Source: Acidimicrobiales bacterium (GTDB lineage Bacteria > Actinomycetota > Acidimicrobiia > Acidimicrobiales > Aldehydirespiratoraceae). Taken from it: a stretch of DNA of 64,000 bases. Shown here piece after piece: positions 28,586-37,721 of this stretch (positions are counted from its first letter, which is position 1; each line of letters opens with the position of its first letter). A program made the position numbers and the translations under genes. The notes beneath the pieces were generated by a model. That model was given only the letters and a program-made list of their open reading frames with translations, did not search any database and was not told where the DNA came from. The stretch is from assembly GCA_029247365.1 (NCBI GenBank), contig JAQWLJ010000011.1, forward strand, positions 82,890 to 146,889, given 5' to 3'.

Positions 28586-29430
28586 CCGACCTCGGCCAGC
28601 GTCGCGCGCCGGGTCGACGCCCGGATCTCCTGCACGATCAACACGACGAAGAACTGCAGCACGGACATCCCCGCCATGGTGGCCCCGCCAGCCGTGTCGT
28701 AGTGGAAGCTGATCGCGAGGCCGAGAACGACCGCAAGCGAACCGAAGCCGATCGCGGTGATCATGATCGTTGGAACCCGCTTCACCAAAAGCATGGCAGT
28801 GGCGGGCGGGCCGACCAGCAGCCCGAACACCAACAGCGTGCCGATGGCCTGAAAGCTGGCGACGATGCTGAGTGCAACCAGCGCGAGCAGAACGGGCTGT
28901 GCCAGCGCGGGGCGCATGCCGAGGGTCTGGGCTTTCGCTCGGTTGAATGTCAGCGCGAGGAAGGGCCGGTACATCACGACGGAAACGACCAGAACCACCA
29001 CCGTGGCCCCCGCCTGCGTGCGGATGTCGGTGGTAGTGACGCCAAGGACATCGCCGAAGAGCAGCGAAGTGACCTCGGTCGTGAACGCACGGGCGCGCGA
29101 CACGATCACGATGCCGAGTGCCAACATGCCGACGAAAAGCAGGCCGATTGCGGTGTCCTCACGGACCGTCGTTCGCGACGACACAGCCGTGACGAGGCCA
29201 CTCATGATGATGGCTGCCACAAACGCACCAATGATCGGACTGAAGCCCCAGAGCACCGCGAGCGCAATCCCTGGGATCACGCCATGAGCCAAGGCGTCAC
29301 CCAGAAAGGACAGCCCCCGCAGGACTACCCAGGTGCCAACAACCGAGGTGGCGACGACAGCGACCAGGCTGCCGAGAAGCGCTCGCTGCATGAACGCCGG
29401 CTCAAACGCCTCCGTGAAGAACTCGATCAC
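28582..29430 (-). CDS. znuB: metal (Zn/Mn) ABC transporter permease, ABC-3 family
   Basis: 282 aa and highly hydrophobic. FMQRALLGSLV...LSFLGDALAHGVIPG is typical of ZnuB/MntB permeases. It lies 4 nt downstream of znuA. Confidence 0.8.
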   Translation of the reverse strand: MIEFFTEAFEPAFMQRALLGSLVAVVATSVVGTWVVLRGLSFLGDALAHGVIPGIALAVLWGFSPIIGAFVAAIIMSGLVTAVSSRTTVREDTAIGLLFVGMLALGIVIVSRARAFTTEVTSLLFGDVLGVTTTDIRTQAGATVVVLVVSVVMYRPFLALTFNRAKAQTLGMRPALAQPVLLALVALSIVASFQAIGTLLVFGLLVGPPATAMLLVKRVPTIMITAIGFGSLAVVLGLAISFHYDTAGGATMAGMSVLQFFVVLIVQEIRASTRRATLAEVG

Positions 29431-29434
29431 ACCA

Positions 29435-30580
29435 TCATGATGCCAAGGCGGCAGCGATTCGCTCCGCGTTAGCGCGAATCATGTCGACGTAGGTTGCACC
29501 ATCCGACCCTGGCTTCCCGAGCGACTCCGAGTAAAGGGTGACGACCTCGATGTCGCCGACCTCAGCAGCCAGGGTCTGCGCAAGTTCGTCGGATGCCGAG
29601 GTGTCGGCGAAGATCACCGTCACACCCTCGGCCTGGAGCGTCTCGGCCAGTTTGGCGAGCGCCCCAGCGCTTGCTCCGTCGGTGGTCGAGCCGCCGGGGA
29701 TGACGGTGTCGATGACGTCAAAGCCGTACCGATCGGCGAAGTAACCGAAGACCTCGTGATTGGTGACCAGGACACGGCTTTCCTCAGGGATCGAGGAAAC
29801 GAGTTCGGCAACCTCAGCGTCGAGCGCCTCGAGCTCCGACTCGTACGCCTCGACTGCGGCCGCCACGGCATCGGCATCGATCCCGTCAACTTCGGCTATC
29901 AGGAAGTCAGCAATGGCATGGGCGGCGACCGCCATTCGGGCGGGGTCGGTGAAGAAATGCGGATCCGCACCGTCGTGGTCGTGATCGTCATGGTCGTCAT
30001 GATCCTCATCGCCGTCATGATCGTCATGATCCTCATGATCCTCATGATCCTCTTCGCCGTCATGATCCTCATGATCCTCATGATCCTCATGATCCTCATG
30101 ATCCTCATGATCCTCATCGCCGTCATGATCGTCATGATCGTCATGATCCTCACCGCCGTCATGATCGTCATGATCGTCATGATCGTCATGATCGTCATGA
30201 TCGTCATCGCCGTACTCAATCGTGGACACGGCGCTCATCGCCTCGAACACCGCCACGCCGTCTGCCTCTGCGCCCTCGATCACGTCGATGAGACCCTCCT
30301 CGAAGCCGCCCCCGTTCACAACCAGCGCATCGGCTGATCGCATGGCGTCGGCCTGACGCGCCGACGCCTGGAAGTCATGGGGATCGGCGCCAACCGGCAT
30401 GATCGTCACAATCTCAACAGCTCCTCCAGCCAGGTTGGCGACGACGTCGCCAAGAATGTTTGTCGTCACGACGACGGTCGGCCGGTCGTCTGAACCCGCG
30501 TCGGTGACGTCGTCACTGCATGCGACTGCGAAGAGGACTACTGCGGCGAGCAAGGCGAGTGTTTTGGGGATTCGGTGCAT
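29435..30580 (-). CDS. znuA: metal ABC transporter substrate-binding lipoprotein (ZnuA/TroA family) with a giant His/Asp/Glu loop
   Basis: ORF 29435..30592. ATG 30580 (GGAG 6 nt upstream) gives MHRIPKTLALLAAVVLFAVACSDD. The TroA-fold segments VVVTTNILGDVV, GADPHDF and DPHFFTDP are present. A 79-aa D/H/E/G insert occupies the position of the ZnuA His-loop. Confidence 0.8.
   Translation of the reverse strand: MHRIPKTLALLAAVVLFAVACSDDVTDAGSDDRPTVVVTTNILGDVVANLAGGAVEIVTIMPVGADPHDFQASARQADAMRSADALVVNGGGFEEGLIDVIEGAEADGVAVFEAMSAVSTIEYGDDDHDDHDDHDDHDDHDGGEDHDDHDDHDGDEDHEDHEDHEDHEDHEDHDGEEDHEDHEDHDDHDGDEDHDDHDDHDHDGADPHFFTDPARMAVAAHAIADFLIAEVDGIDADAVAAAVEAYESELEALDAEVAELVSSIPEESRVLVTNHEVFGYFADRYGFDVIDTVIPGGSTTDGASAGALAKLAETLQAEGVTVIFADTSASDELAQTLAAEVGDIEVVTLYSESLGKPGSDGATYVDMIRANAERIAAALAS
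29972..30208 (-). repeat. in-frame 9-bp tandem repeat arrays encoding (H-E/D-D)n inside znuA
   Basis: On the plus strand: catgatcct x3 (30025..30051), catgatcct x6 (30061..30114), gtcatgatc x2 (30122..30139) and gtcatgatc x5 (30158..30202). Together these encode 79 consecutive residues made only of D, H, E and G (22 His by my count). Confidence 0.9.
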
Positions 30581-30593
30581 TGAGGGCTCCAAA

Positions 30594-30608
30594 TAAGAAT
30601 GACTATCA
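30594..30608. promoter_or_regulatory. weak Zur-box-like site TAAGAATGACTATCA
   Basis: 11/15 match to the actinobacterial Zur consensus TGAAAATGATTTTCA as I recall it. It lies 14 nt upstream of the znuA ATG in the AT-rich znuA/znuC divergent region. Confidence 0.3.
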
Positions 30609-30656
30609 GTGTCAGAATAGGACGCTACCGGCCGCGAGCCGAACTCACAATCGGAA

Positions 30657-30671
30657 TGAGAATTGTTTTCA
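30657..30671. promoter_or_regulatory. Zur-box-like palindrome TGAGAATTGTTTTCA
   Basis: 13/15 match to the 7-1-7 Zur consensus TGAAAAT-n-ATTTTCA. It is immediately upstream of, or overlaps, the znuC start (TTG 30663 / GTG 30690). A zur gene is co-located. Confidence 0.5.
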
Positions 30672-31433
30672 AGTGCTACCCTCGATCCGGTGGGAGCTGC
30701 ACTCGAGATCCAGGGCCTGGAGGTCCGCTACGGCGACACGGTCGCGCTGACCGACGTCAACCTCAACCTCCCGGCCGGAAGCTCGCTGGCGGTCATCGGC
30801 CCCAACGGCTCCGGGAAGTCGACGCTGCTAAATGCGATCGCCGGGATCACCCCGATCGCAGCCGGTTCGATCCACTACGGCGGCTCAGCCCCTGCGCTCG
30901 TCCTGCAGTCCACCGAAGTCGACCGCAGCTTGCCCATCACCGTCCACGACACCGTCGGGCTCGGCCGCTACGCCTCTCGTAGTCTGCTCGGCCGCTTCGG
31001 CAGCGCCGATCGCGCCGAGGTTGCCGACGCCCTTCAACGTCTCGATATCGACGACCTCGCCACCCAGCAGCTCCATGAGCTGTCCGGCGGACAGCGCCAG
31101 CGGGTGCTGGTTGCCCAAGGCCTCGCTCAGCAATCCAACCTCTTGATGCTCGACGAGCCAGTCACCGGCCTCGACGTCACCTCCCGGGGGCTCATCCTTG
31201 ACGTCATCAGCGACGAGCTCGCAGCCGGCCATTCCGTGATCGTGACCACCCATGACCTCGACGACGCCCGAATCTGTGATCAGGTTCTGCTGGTCGACAA
31301 GCACGCCATCGCCGTCGGTACGCCCGACGAGGTACTGACCGAAGATCACCTCATCCACGCCTTCGGCGGCCGCTTCATTCGCGTGGGTGACCGCTTGATC
31401 CTCGACGACCCGCACCACCATCATCAGCACTAG
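30663..31433 (+). CDS. znuC: metal ABC transporter ATP-binding protein
   Basis: 256 aa with Walker A GPNGSGKST, signature LSGGQRQR and Walker B LLMLDEP. An alternative start is GTG 30690 (VGAALEIQGLEV). Confidence 0.8.
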   Translation: MFSSATLDPVGAALEIQGLEVRYGDTVALTDVNLNLPAGSSLAVIGPNGSGKSTLLNAIAGITPIAAGSIHYGGSAPALVLQSTEVDRSLPITVHDTVGLGRYASRSLLGRFGSADRAEVADALQRLDIDDLATQQLHELSGGQRQRVLVAQGLAQQSNLLMLDEPVTGLDVTSRGLILDVISDELAAGHSVIVTTHDLDDARICDQVLLVDKHAIAVGTPDEVLTEDHLIHAFGGRFIRVGDRLILDDPHHHHQH

Positions 31434-31437
31434 ACCG

Positions 31438-31875
31438 ATGGCGACCGACGAACTCGACGACGAAATCAACACCCTCCTACGCCAGGACGACCAGCGCTAC
31501 ACGAAAGGTCGGCGCGCCCTCGTCGCCACACTCCGAGCGGTGGGGCAGCCGGTCACAATCCCCCAAATCCTCGCCGCAAGCGATGGGCTCGCCCAGTCGA
31601 GTGTGTATCGCAACCTCGTCGTACTCGAGGACGCAGGGGTGGTCACCCGCATCATCACCAACGACGATTTTGCTCGATACGAACTCGCCGAGCGGCTGAC
31701 CCACCATCACCACCACCTGATCTGCTCCTCGTGCGGCGACGTCACCGACTTCTCGCTCGACGACCTCGCCGAGGCGAGCCTCGACGACGCCCTCCATGAG
31801 ATCGCCGCGCAGGTGGGCTTCACCGTCGAAGCTCACCGCCTCGACCTCGTCGGCACCTGCGCCAGCTGCGACTGA
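31438..31875 (+). CDS. zur: Fur family metalloregulator, probable Zur
   Basis: 145 aa with a winged HTH, then HHHHHLICSSCG and a C-terminal CASC (two CxxC pairs). It is placed directly after znuC. Confidence 0.7.
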   Translation: MATDELDDEINTLLRQDDQRYTKGRRALVATLRAVGQPVTIPQILAASDGLAQSSVYRNLVVLEDAGVVTRIITNDDFARYELAERLTHHHHHLICSSCGDVTDFSLDDLAEASLDDALHEIAAQVGFTVEAHRLDLVGTCASCD

Positions 31876-31893
31876 CCGGACCTGACCGCGTCG

Positions 31894-33588
31894 TCAGCGG
31901 CGAAAGACCGGGGTGGTGTCGGGCGTCAGCGGTTCGTTGCCGAGGATCAGGTCAGCGGCCTTCTCAGCAATCATCATCGTGGGTGCGTAAATGTTTCCAT
32001 TCGACACGACCGGCATGACTGAGGCATCGACCACCCGAAGGCCTTCGGTGCCGTGGACGCGCATCGTTGCGGGATCCACGACTGCCAGCGGATCCGAAGC
32101 TGGACCCATCTTGCATGTGCACGACGGGTGCAGCGCTGTCTCGGCGTCCTTCGCAACCCAGTCCATGATCTCCTGATCGGTCTCGACCGACGGGCCAGGA
32201 GAAATCTCGCCACCGTTGAAGCGATCAAACGCTGGCTGTTCAAGGATTTTGCGGGCAGTCCGAACCGCCTCAGGCCACTCGCGCCGATCCTGCTCGGTCG
32301 TGAGGTAATTGAACTGCACCGCCGGCTTGTCAGCCGGGTCCGTCGACGTGATCTTCACCGTGCCAAGCGCGTCAGAGTACATCGGGCCGACATGCACCTG
32401 ATAGCCATGGCCGCCCTCAGGGGCGGAGCCGTCATAGCGGATTGCGATCGGCAAGAAATGAAACATGAGGTTCGGGTAGGCCTCGTCATCGTTTGAACGA
32501 ACAAACGCGCCAGCCTCGAAGTGGTTCGATGACGCCGGGCCCGAACGAAACAACCAGGCCAGTCCAATGAAGGGCCGCTTCCAGAACTTGAGGTGCGGTT
32601 GGATCGATACCGGTTCCTTGCATGCGTACTGGATGTACACCTCGAGATGATCCTGCATGTTCTCGCCAACCCCAGACAGCTCGGAGACAACGTTGATACC
32701 GAGTCCCTCGAGGTGCTCACGGTCACCGATGCCCGACAGCTGCAACAGCTGGGGTGAGTTGAACGCGCCGCCGCAGGAGATGATCTCCTTTGCCTTCACC
32801 GTATGCGTCTTGGCTCCACGCATACCCAGACCAGCGCGGCCCTGGCGGTACTGGAGCCCAACCGCCTTGTTGCCCTCAAAGAGGATCCTCTCAGCCAGGG
32901 CGCGGGTCTTGAGCGTGAGGTTCGGCCGCTGCTTGAGAACAGGATGCAAGTAGGCCCGAGCGGCGGAAAGTCGACGGGCTCGGTGGACGTTCTTGTCGAA
33001 GGCGGCGAAGCCCTCCTGGCAATAGCCGTTGACGTCGTCGGTACGGCCATAACCCGCTTGCTCACCGGCGGTCAGCCATGCGTTGAACAGTGGTGTCTCG
33101 GCCGGGCCCCGCTCCATCGTGAGCGGACCATCGTTGCCGCGAAGCTCGGCCCCTTCGTACGCGTCGAGGTCGGGACCTGCGCCGAGGCAGTTCTCCATTC
33201 GCTTGAAATACGGGAGGCAGTGCTCGTAGCCCCACGACTCCAGGCCGGGGATGTCGGCCCACTTGTCGAAGTCCATCGGGTTGCCCCGCTGGAAGATCAT
33301 CCCGTTGATACTCGACGAGCCACCGAGCACCTTGCCGCGGGCGTGATACACCCGACGGCCACTCATGCCCGGCTCCGGCTCAGATTCATATTTCCAGTCG
33401 TACAAGCGGTTTCCGATCGCGAACATCAGCGCCGCTGGCATGTGGATGTAGACGTCCCACTTGTAGTCCGGGCGACCCGCTTCGAGAACGAGCACCTCGT
33501 TGTTCGGGTCGGCGCTCAAGCGGTTGGCGAGCGCGCAGCCAGCGGAGCCACCCCCGACGATCACGTAGTCATATGTCTTTTCAGGCAC
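31894..33588 (-). CDS. betA: GMC family oxidoreductase, choline dehydrogenase-like
   Basis: 564 aa. [37 protein letters not shown]...HMPAAL...[13 protein letters not shown] closely parallels E. coli BetA as I recall it. GTG start. Confidence 0.65.
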   Translation of the reverse strand: MPEKTYDYVIVGGGSAGCALANRLSADPNNEVLVLEAGRPDYKWDVYIHMPAALMFAIGNRLYDWKYESEPEPGMSGRRVYHARGKVLGGSSSINGMIFQRGNPMDFDKWADIPGLESWGYEHCLPYFKRMENCLGAGPDLDAYEGAELRGNDGPLTMERGPAETPLFNAWLTAGEQAGYGRTDDVNGYCQEGFAAFDKNVHRARRLSAARAYLHPVLKQRPNLTLKTRALAERILFEGNKAVGLQYRQGRAGLGMRGAKTHTVKAKEIISCGGAFNSPQLLQLSGIGDREHLEGLGINVVSELSGVGENMQDHLEVYIQYACKEPVSIQPHLKFWKRPFIGLAWLFRSGPASSNHFEAGAFVRSNDDEAYPNLMFHFLPIAIRYDGSAPEGGHGYQVHVGPMYSDALGTVKITSTDPADKPAVQFNYLTTEQDRREWPEAVRTARKILEQPAFDRFNGGEISPGPSVETDQEIMDWVAKDAETALHPSCTCKMGPASDPLAVVDPATMRVHGTEGLRVVDASVMPVVSNGNIYAPTMMIAEKAADLILGNEPLTPDTTPVFRR

Positions 33589-33600
33589 AACGCCCCCCGA

Positions 33601-33620
33601 AACCGTCTGACTGGACGGTT
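33601..33620. promoter_or_regulatory. inverted repeat AACCGTC-N6-GACGGTT between tetR and betA
   Basis: Perfect 7-bp arms overlap the TetR stop codon, 13 nt upstream of the betA GTG. It could be an operator or an attenuating hairpin. Confidence 0.3.
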
Positions 33621-34185
33621 ACTGTACCCCGTCGTCGAGAAGGCGTGCCACCAGATCGATCACCGCCGCTCGATCGGCCTCTGATGGGCGGGCCAGTCCG
33701 AAGAGATCAATCAGCCACAGGCCATCGCCCACGATTCGAGCCAGCAAACCAAGCGCTGGGTCGAGGCCATCGGTAGTCATCAGGCGTTGCTGCCAAGCCT
33801 CGAACACATCGGCCGCAGGCCCAAGTTCACCGTCGCCGGCTGCTGCGGCCGCAAACACAGCCGTGGCAGCGTCGGCCTGGTGCTCGTCGGGGCGCCGCAC
33901 GTATTCCAGATAGGCGCGAGCAAATGCGCCTGGACCGTCAGCGGTCAGTTCGTCGAGGCCCGCGTCTGCGTCGGCGAGCGTCTGCTCGAGCAGCGCCGTG
34001 ACCAACACCTCCTTGGAGCCGAAGTGGTGGAGCAGGCCACCCTTGCTGACTCCGGCTTCCTCGGCAACGCGAGCGAGCGTCATCGCCTGCACGCCGTCGC
34101 GACGCACCACCGTGGCGGCCGCATCGAGCAGCTTCGCGCGAGTCTTGGCGGCACGGGCCTGCTGTGGAGCGGATCGGTCGGACAT
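33619..34185 (-). CDS. TetR family transcriptional regulator (BetI-like position)
   Basis: 188 aa with the HTH MTLARVAEEAGVSKGGLLHHFGSKEVLV. It is directly upstream of betA on the same strand. Confidence 0.8.
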   Translation of the reverse strand: MSDRSAPQQARAAKTRAKLLDAAATVVRRDGVQAMTLARVAEEAGVSKGGLLHHFGSKEVLVTALLEQTLADADAGLDELTADGPGAFARAYLEYVRRPDEHQADAATAVFAAAAAGDGELGPAADVFEAWQQRLMTTDGLDPALGLLARIVGDGLWLIDLFGLARPSEADRAAVIDLVARLLDDGVQ

Positions 34186-34221
34186 TCGAAGCGGACCCTA
34201 GCCCTGCCCTACGCTCACGAA

Positions 34222-35226
34222 ATGAGCCAGACCCTCGACGCCCACTCCCTCGTTCCCACCGTCGATCTGTCGAACCCGTCAGCGACCGAACTCGCCGCGG
34301 TCGATGCCGCGTGTCGCGACCATGGGTTCTTCTTGTTGGTAGGCCACGGCGCCAACCAACTCATCACGGATATGTGGGAGATCACTGCAGCCTTCTTCGC
34401 CGAAGGTGAAACGGTCAAAGGGCCGATTCGCCGCGACGCCGACAACGCACTCGGGTACTGGGATCGCGAGCTCACCAAGCGCAAGCGCGACAACAAGGAA
34501 GTCTTCGACTACATCGACCCCAAACTCGACGCCCGCATCGCCAAGAACCGGTGGCCTGGTGATGCGTGGGCTCACAGCGCCGAGTTCAACAACACGCTCA
34601 TGACGTTCTTCGATACCTTCTCGAGGCTCGCCACCGACACGCTCGGCATCGTGCGCAGCGCTCTCGGACTGAGCGATACCGAGACGGCTGAGCAGCTCGG
34701 CTTCATCACGGCTCGCACGTCGTCGACGGTTCGGCTCAACCATTACCCCGTTGGTGATGTCGTGCCGACTGAACACCGCGGCGACCTCGCCGAGCTCGGG
34801 CCAACCGCACTCGGCTACCACACCGACCCCGGTGTCCTCACCCTCCTCCTGCAGGACAGGGTTGGCGGTCTTCAGGCCGAGTCGACAACCCACGGCTGGA
34901 TCGACGTGCCACCGCTCGACGGTGCCATCGTGGTCAACCTCGGCGATGCGATGCAGGTCTGGACCAACGATCAGTACAAGGCGGCCGTCCACCGGGTCGT
35001 CCCAGTGACGCGACAGAGCCGTTACTCGATCCCCTACTTCGCGAACCCGCCCCGTGACGCCCAGCTCGCACCGCTGGTGTCCGTACTCGACGCCGCCAGC
35101 GCCACGCCTGCCTACCGCGCGTTCACCTGGGCGGACTACATCAGCGGTCGCGCCCAGGACAACTTCGCCGACTACGGCGTGGAAGACATCCAGATCTCAC
35201 ACTTCAAGGTCGGGACCGATGCCTGA
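34222..35226 (+). CDS. 2OG-Fe(II) oxygenase (isopenicillin N synthase-like family)
   Basis: The track ORF 33787..35226 is over-extended. ATG 34222 gives MSQTLDAHSLVPTVDLSNP...ACRDHGFFLLVGHG. The facial triad is HTDPGVLTLLLQD and AAVHRV. Confidence 0.8.
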   Translation: MSQTLDAHSLVPTVDLSNPSATELAAVDAACRDHGFFLLVGHGANQLITDMWEITAAFFAEGETVKGPIRRDADNALGYWDRELTKRKRDNKEVFDYIDPKLDARIAKNRWPGDAWAHSAEFNNTLMTFFDTFSRLATDTLGIVRSALGLSDTETAEQLGFITARTSSTVRLNHYPVGDVVPTEHRGDLAELGPTALGYHTDPGVLTLLLQDRVGGLQAESTTHGWIDVPPLDGAIVVNLGDAMQVWTNDQYKAAVHRVVPVTRQSRYSIPYFANPPRDAQLAPLVSVLDAASATPAYRAFTWADYISGRAQDNFADYGVEDIQISHFKVGTDA

Positions 35227-36739
35227 GGCCCCACTGGCAACCACCACTGCCGGGCAGATCAGCGGCCGATCCATTACTCGCGGTCCTGACGGCGTCAAGG
35301 ATCAAACGCCGATCGAAGCCTTCCTCGGGGTTCCCTTCGCCGCTGCACCCGTCGGTGATCGCCGCTGGCGACCACCACAACCGACCGCGCCCTGGGACGG
35401 CGTACTCGAATGCAATCGACCAGGCCCTGCGGCAGTGCAGGTACTGCGCAAGCCGGGCGGACCCCTCCCCGCCCAAACGTATGAAATCGGCGAGGACTGT
35501 CTCAACCTCAACGTCTACACACCGGCCTGCGACGACGCGAAGCGGCCCGTCTTCTTCTGGGTCCACGGCGGCAGCTATCAGAACGGCCGGGGTGCCTCCA
35601 ACGACGGTACGCAGCTGTGCCGCAACGGCGACATCGTCGTCGTCACCATCAATTACCGCATGGGCCTCCTCGGTTTCATCGAGTTGGCGTGGCTCGATGA
35701 GAGCCGGGTCGGATCACACAACCTTGGTATCCAAGACCAGATCGCCGGCCTCCAGTGGGTGCGCGACAACATCGCAGCGTTCGGTGGCGATCCCGACCAG
35801 GTCACGATCTGCGGCGAGTCGGCTGGGGCTGGCTCGGTACTCGCGATCCTTGCGTCGCCGTCTGCCGATGGTCTGTTCCATCGGGTCATCAGCCAGAGCG
35901 CACCCGCAGCGTTCGGGCCACCCCACGAAACCGTCGCCCACAACCTTGCTGAACACGTCGGCGCAACCTCGATCGACGACCTCCTCGCGCTGACGGCCGA
36001 CGAACTTCTGGCCGCTCAGGAAACCTTGCTCACAGCCGGCACTCGGGCGATGGAGCACACCGACCCACCCGCGCTCCCCGATAATTCCGGCCGCGGCTTT
36101 CGGCCCGCAATCGACAGCGTCACTATCACGCGAGACGCAGCCCAAGCCGCAGGCGAGCGGGCCGTGCCGATCATGATCGGCACCAACGACGACGAAGGCA
36201 CGATGTTCGCTCTTCATCTCGACCGCTCCATGACCCTCGACGGGCTCCGGGCAATAGCAGCCCAGCGAGTCGGCGATCGCGCCGATGACGTGATCACCGC
36301 GTATCAAGCGGAATACCCGGACTTCACCCCACATCAGATCGCCGTGCAGTGGATGGGCGACCTGCGCTTCTGGACGTGCTCGCTCGATGTCGCTGATGCT
36401 GCGGTCAACGCAGGTACGCCGGTTCACGTCTACCGGTTCAGCTGGAAGGCGCAGGGGCTTGGGGGCACCTTCGGCGCGATGCATGCGCTCGAGATCCCGT
36501 TCGTCTGGAAGACGATGCTCGGCTGGGATCTCGCCTTCGGTACCGAACCTCCACCCGAGCTGAGTGACCAACTCCACCAGGCATGGATCAGCTATGTACG
36601 CACAGGCGACCCAAGCCACGATGGCATCGGCGAATGGCCCGCCTACGACACGGAGCGGCGCCCAACGATGCGATTCGACGAAACCACCCAGGTGGTCGAC
36701 GACCCCGGCGCGGGCACCCATCGAGCCTGGCGGGGTTGA
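35219..36739 (+). CDS. type-B carboxylesterase/lipase (cholinesterase-fold) family
   Basis: ORF 35054..36739. ATG 35219 overlaps the upstream stop (ATGCCTGA). Features are FLGVPFAAAPVGDRRW, EDCLNLNVYTP, FWVHGGS and the nucleophile elbow GESAGAGS. Confidence 0.85.
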   Translation: MPEAPLATTTAGQISGRSITRGPDGVKDQTPIEAFLGVPFAAAPVGDRRWRPPQPTAPWDGVLECNRPGPAAVQVLRKPGGPLPAQTYEIGEDCLNLNVYTPACDDAKRPVFFWVHGGSYQNGRGASNDGTQLCRNGDIVVVTINYRMGLLGFIELAWLDESRVGSHNLGIQDQIAGLQWVRDNIAAFGGDPDQVTICGESAGAGSVLAILASPSADGLFHRVISQSAPAAFGPPHETVAHNLAEHVGATSIDDLLALTADELLAAQETLLTAGTRAMEHTDPPALPDNSGRGFRPAIDSVTITRDAAQAAGERAVPIMIGTNDDEGTMFALHLDRSMTLDGLRAIAAQRVGDRADDVITAYQAEYPDFTPHQIAVQWMGDLRFWTCSLDVADAAVNAGTPVHVYRFSWKAQGLGGTFGAMHALEIPFVWKTMLGWDLAFGTEPPPELSDQLHQAWISYVRTGDPSHDGIGEWPAYDTERRPTMRFDETTQVVDDPGAGTHRAWRG

Positions 36740-36845
36740 TCGCCACACGAGACAAGAAACGCACGCGCAATGTCGAAGAAGGCCCTACCGGTCACAGGAT
36801 CGGCGCGCAGGGGAACGGTGTTCGAGCATGGCGACCTTGCTCGAA

Positions 36846-37718
36846 CTAGCCCGGAAGCGTGACCACCAGCATCTCAGTCGGCATGCGTGCTCCGAGCGCA
36901 AACTCCTCGCCAGCCGGCACCACCACGGCTTCGCCAGCCGCGATGGTGGCACGACCCGACGGCCGGATGTACTCGAGTTCACCGGACCGGACAAAGCCAA
37001 AGAACAGCTCGAGGTCGTGGGTCCGAAGCGGCGGGGCAGCGTCGATCGCTCGAGCGAGCCGGACTGCGGCCACCCCGCCAGAAGCTTCCTCGACACCGAA
37101 GTGTTGAAGCTCCCAGCCGGCGTTGGGTGACTCGATCCACTTGTCGTCGGCGTACTCGTGGCGAACGAAACGCTGACCTCGCCACTCGCGGCCGAGGTCG
37201 CCGACACCGTTGGGAAGCTCGAGGTCGTGCTCGCGGTGAGTGTCATGCTCGGCGGGTGCGCCGATCTCAACCACTTCGAGCCCATCGCCAGACTCGAGCA
37301 CCCGGTGCCGGATACCTGGTGGCTGGATCACACAGTCACCTGGTCGCATCACAAACGGGTCGCCTTGGTCTTCGTAGACAACCGTCACCCAACCGGCATG
37401 ACAGAAGATCATCTGGAAGCCGACGTCGTGATGATGGACGTAGTCGGGGACGGGGCCGCCGGTCGGGATCGAGATATGCGACGCAATGAACGCCCCTCCC
37501 AGCCGGCCAGGGATCAAATCTCGATAGACCATGCCGGCACGGCCCGCAGCGGCTGGCGCATCAGCTGACCGTTCGAGCCGGATCGCTTCAGGGCCATCCA
37601 TGTCGGCACGGCGCGGGTCGTCGGCCGGTGAGATCGTGATGAGGCGGAACCCAGCCGCCTCGTGCTCGTCGATAGCGGCCGACAGGTCCGTCACCGAAAT
37701 CACACGCCGCTCGGTCAT
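36846..37718 (-). CDS. cupin (bicupin-like) domain protein
   Basis: 290 aa with HHHDVGFQMIFCHAGWVTVVYED...GDCVIQPPGIRHRV, the cupin motifs. It starts 3 nt after the glnS stop. Confidence 0.55.
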   Translation of the reverse strand: MTERRVISVTDLSAAIDEHEAAGFRLITISPADDPRRADMDGPEAIRLERSADAPAAAGRAGMVYRDLIPGRLGGAFIASHISIPTGGPVPDYVHHHDVGFQMIFCHAGWVTVVYEDQGDPFVMRPGDCVIQPPGIRHRVLESGDGLEVVEIGAPAEHDTHREHDLELPNGVGDLGREWRGQRFVRHEYADDKWIESPNAGWELQHFGVEEASGGVAAVRLARAIDAAPPLRTHDLELFFGFVRSGELEYIRPSGRATIAAGEAVVVPAGEEFALGARMPTEMLVVTLPG

Positions 37719-37721
37719 CGA

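Noticed and set aside
29972-30208. The 9-bp tandem arrays as a non-coding minisatellite or degenerate CRISPR-like array.
   Set aside because: The repeats are contiguous with no spacers. They stay in-frame within the znuA ORF and encode the His/Asp/Glu metal-binding loop.
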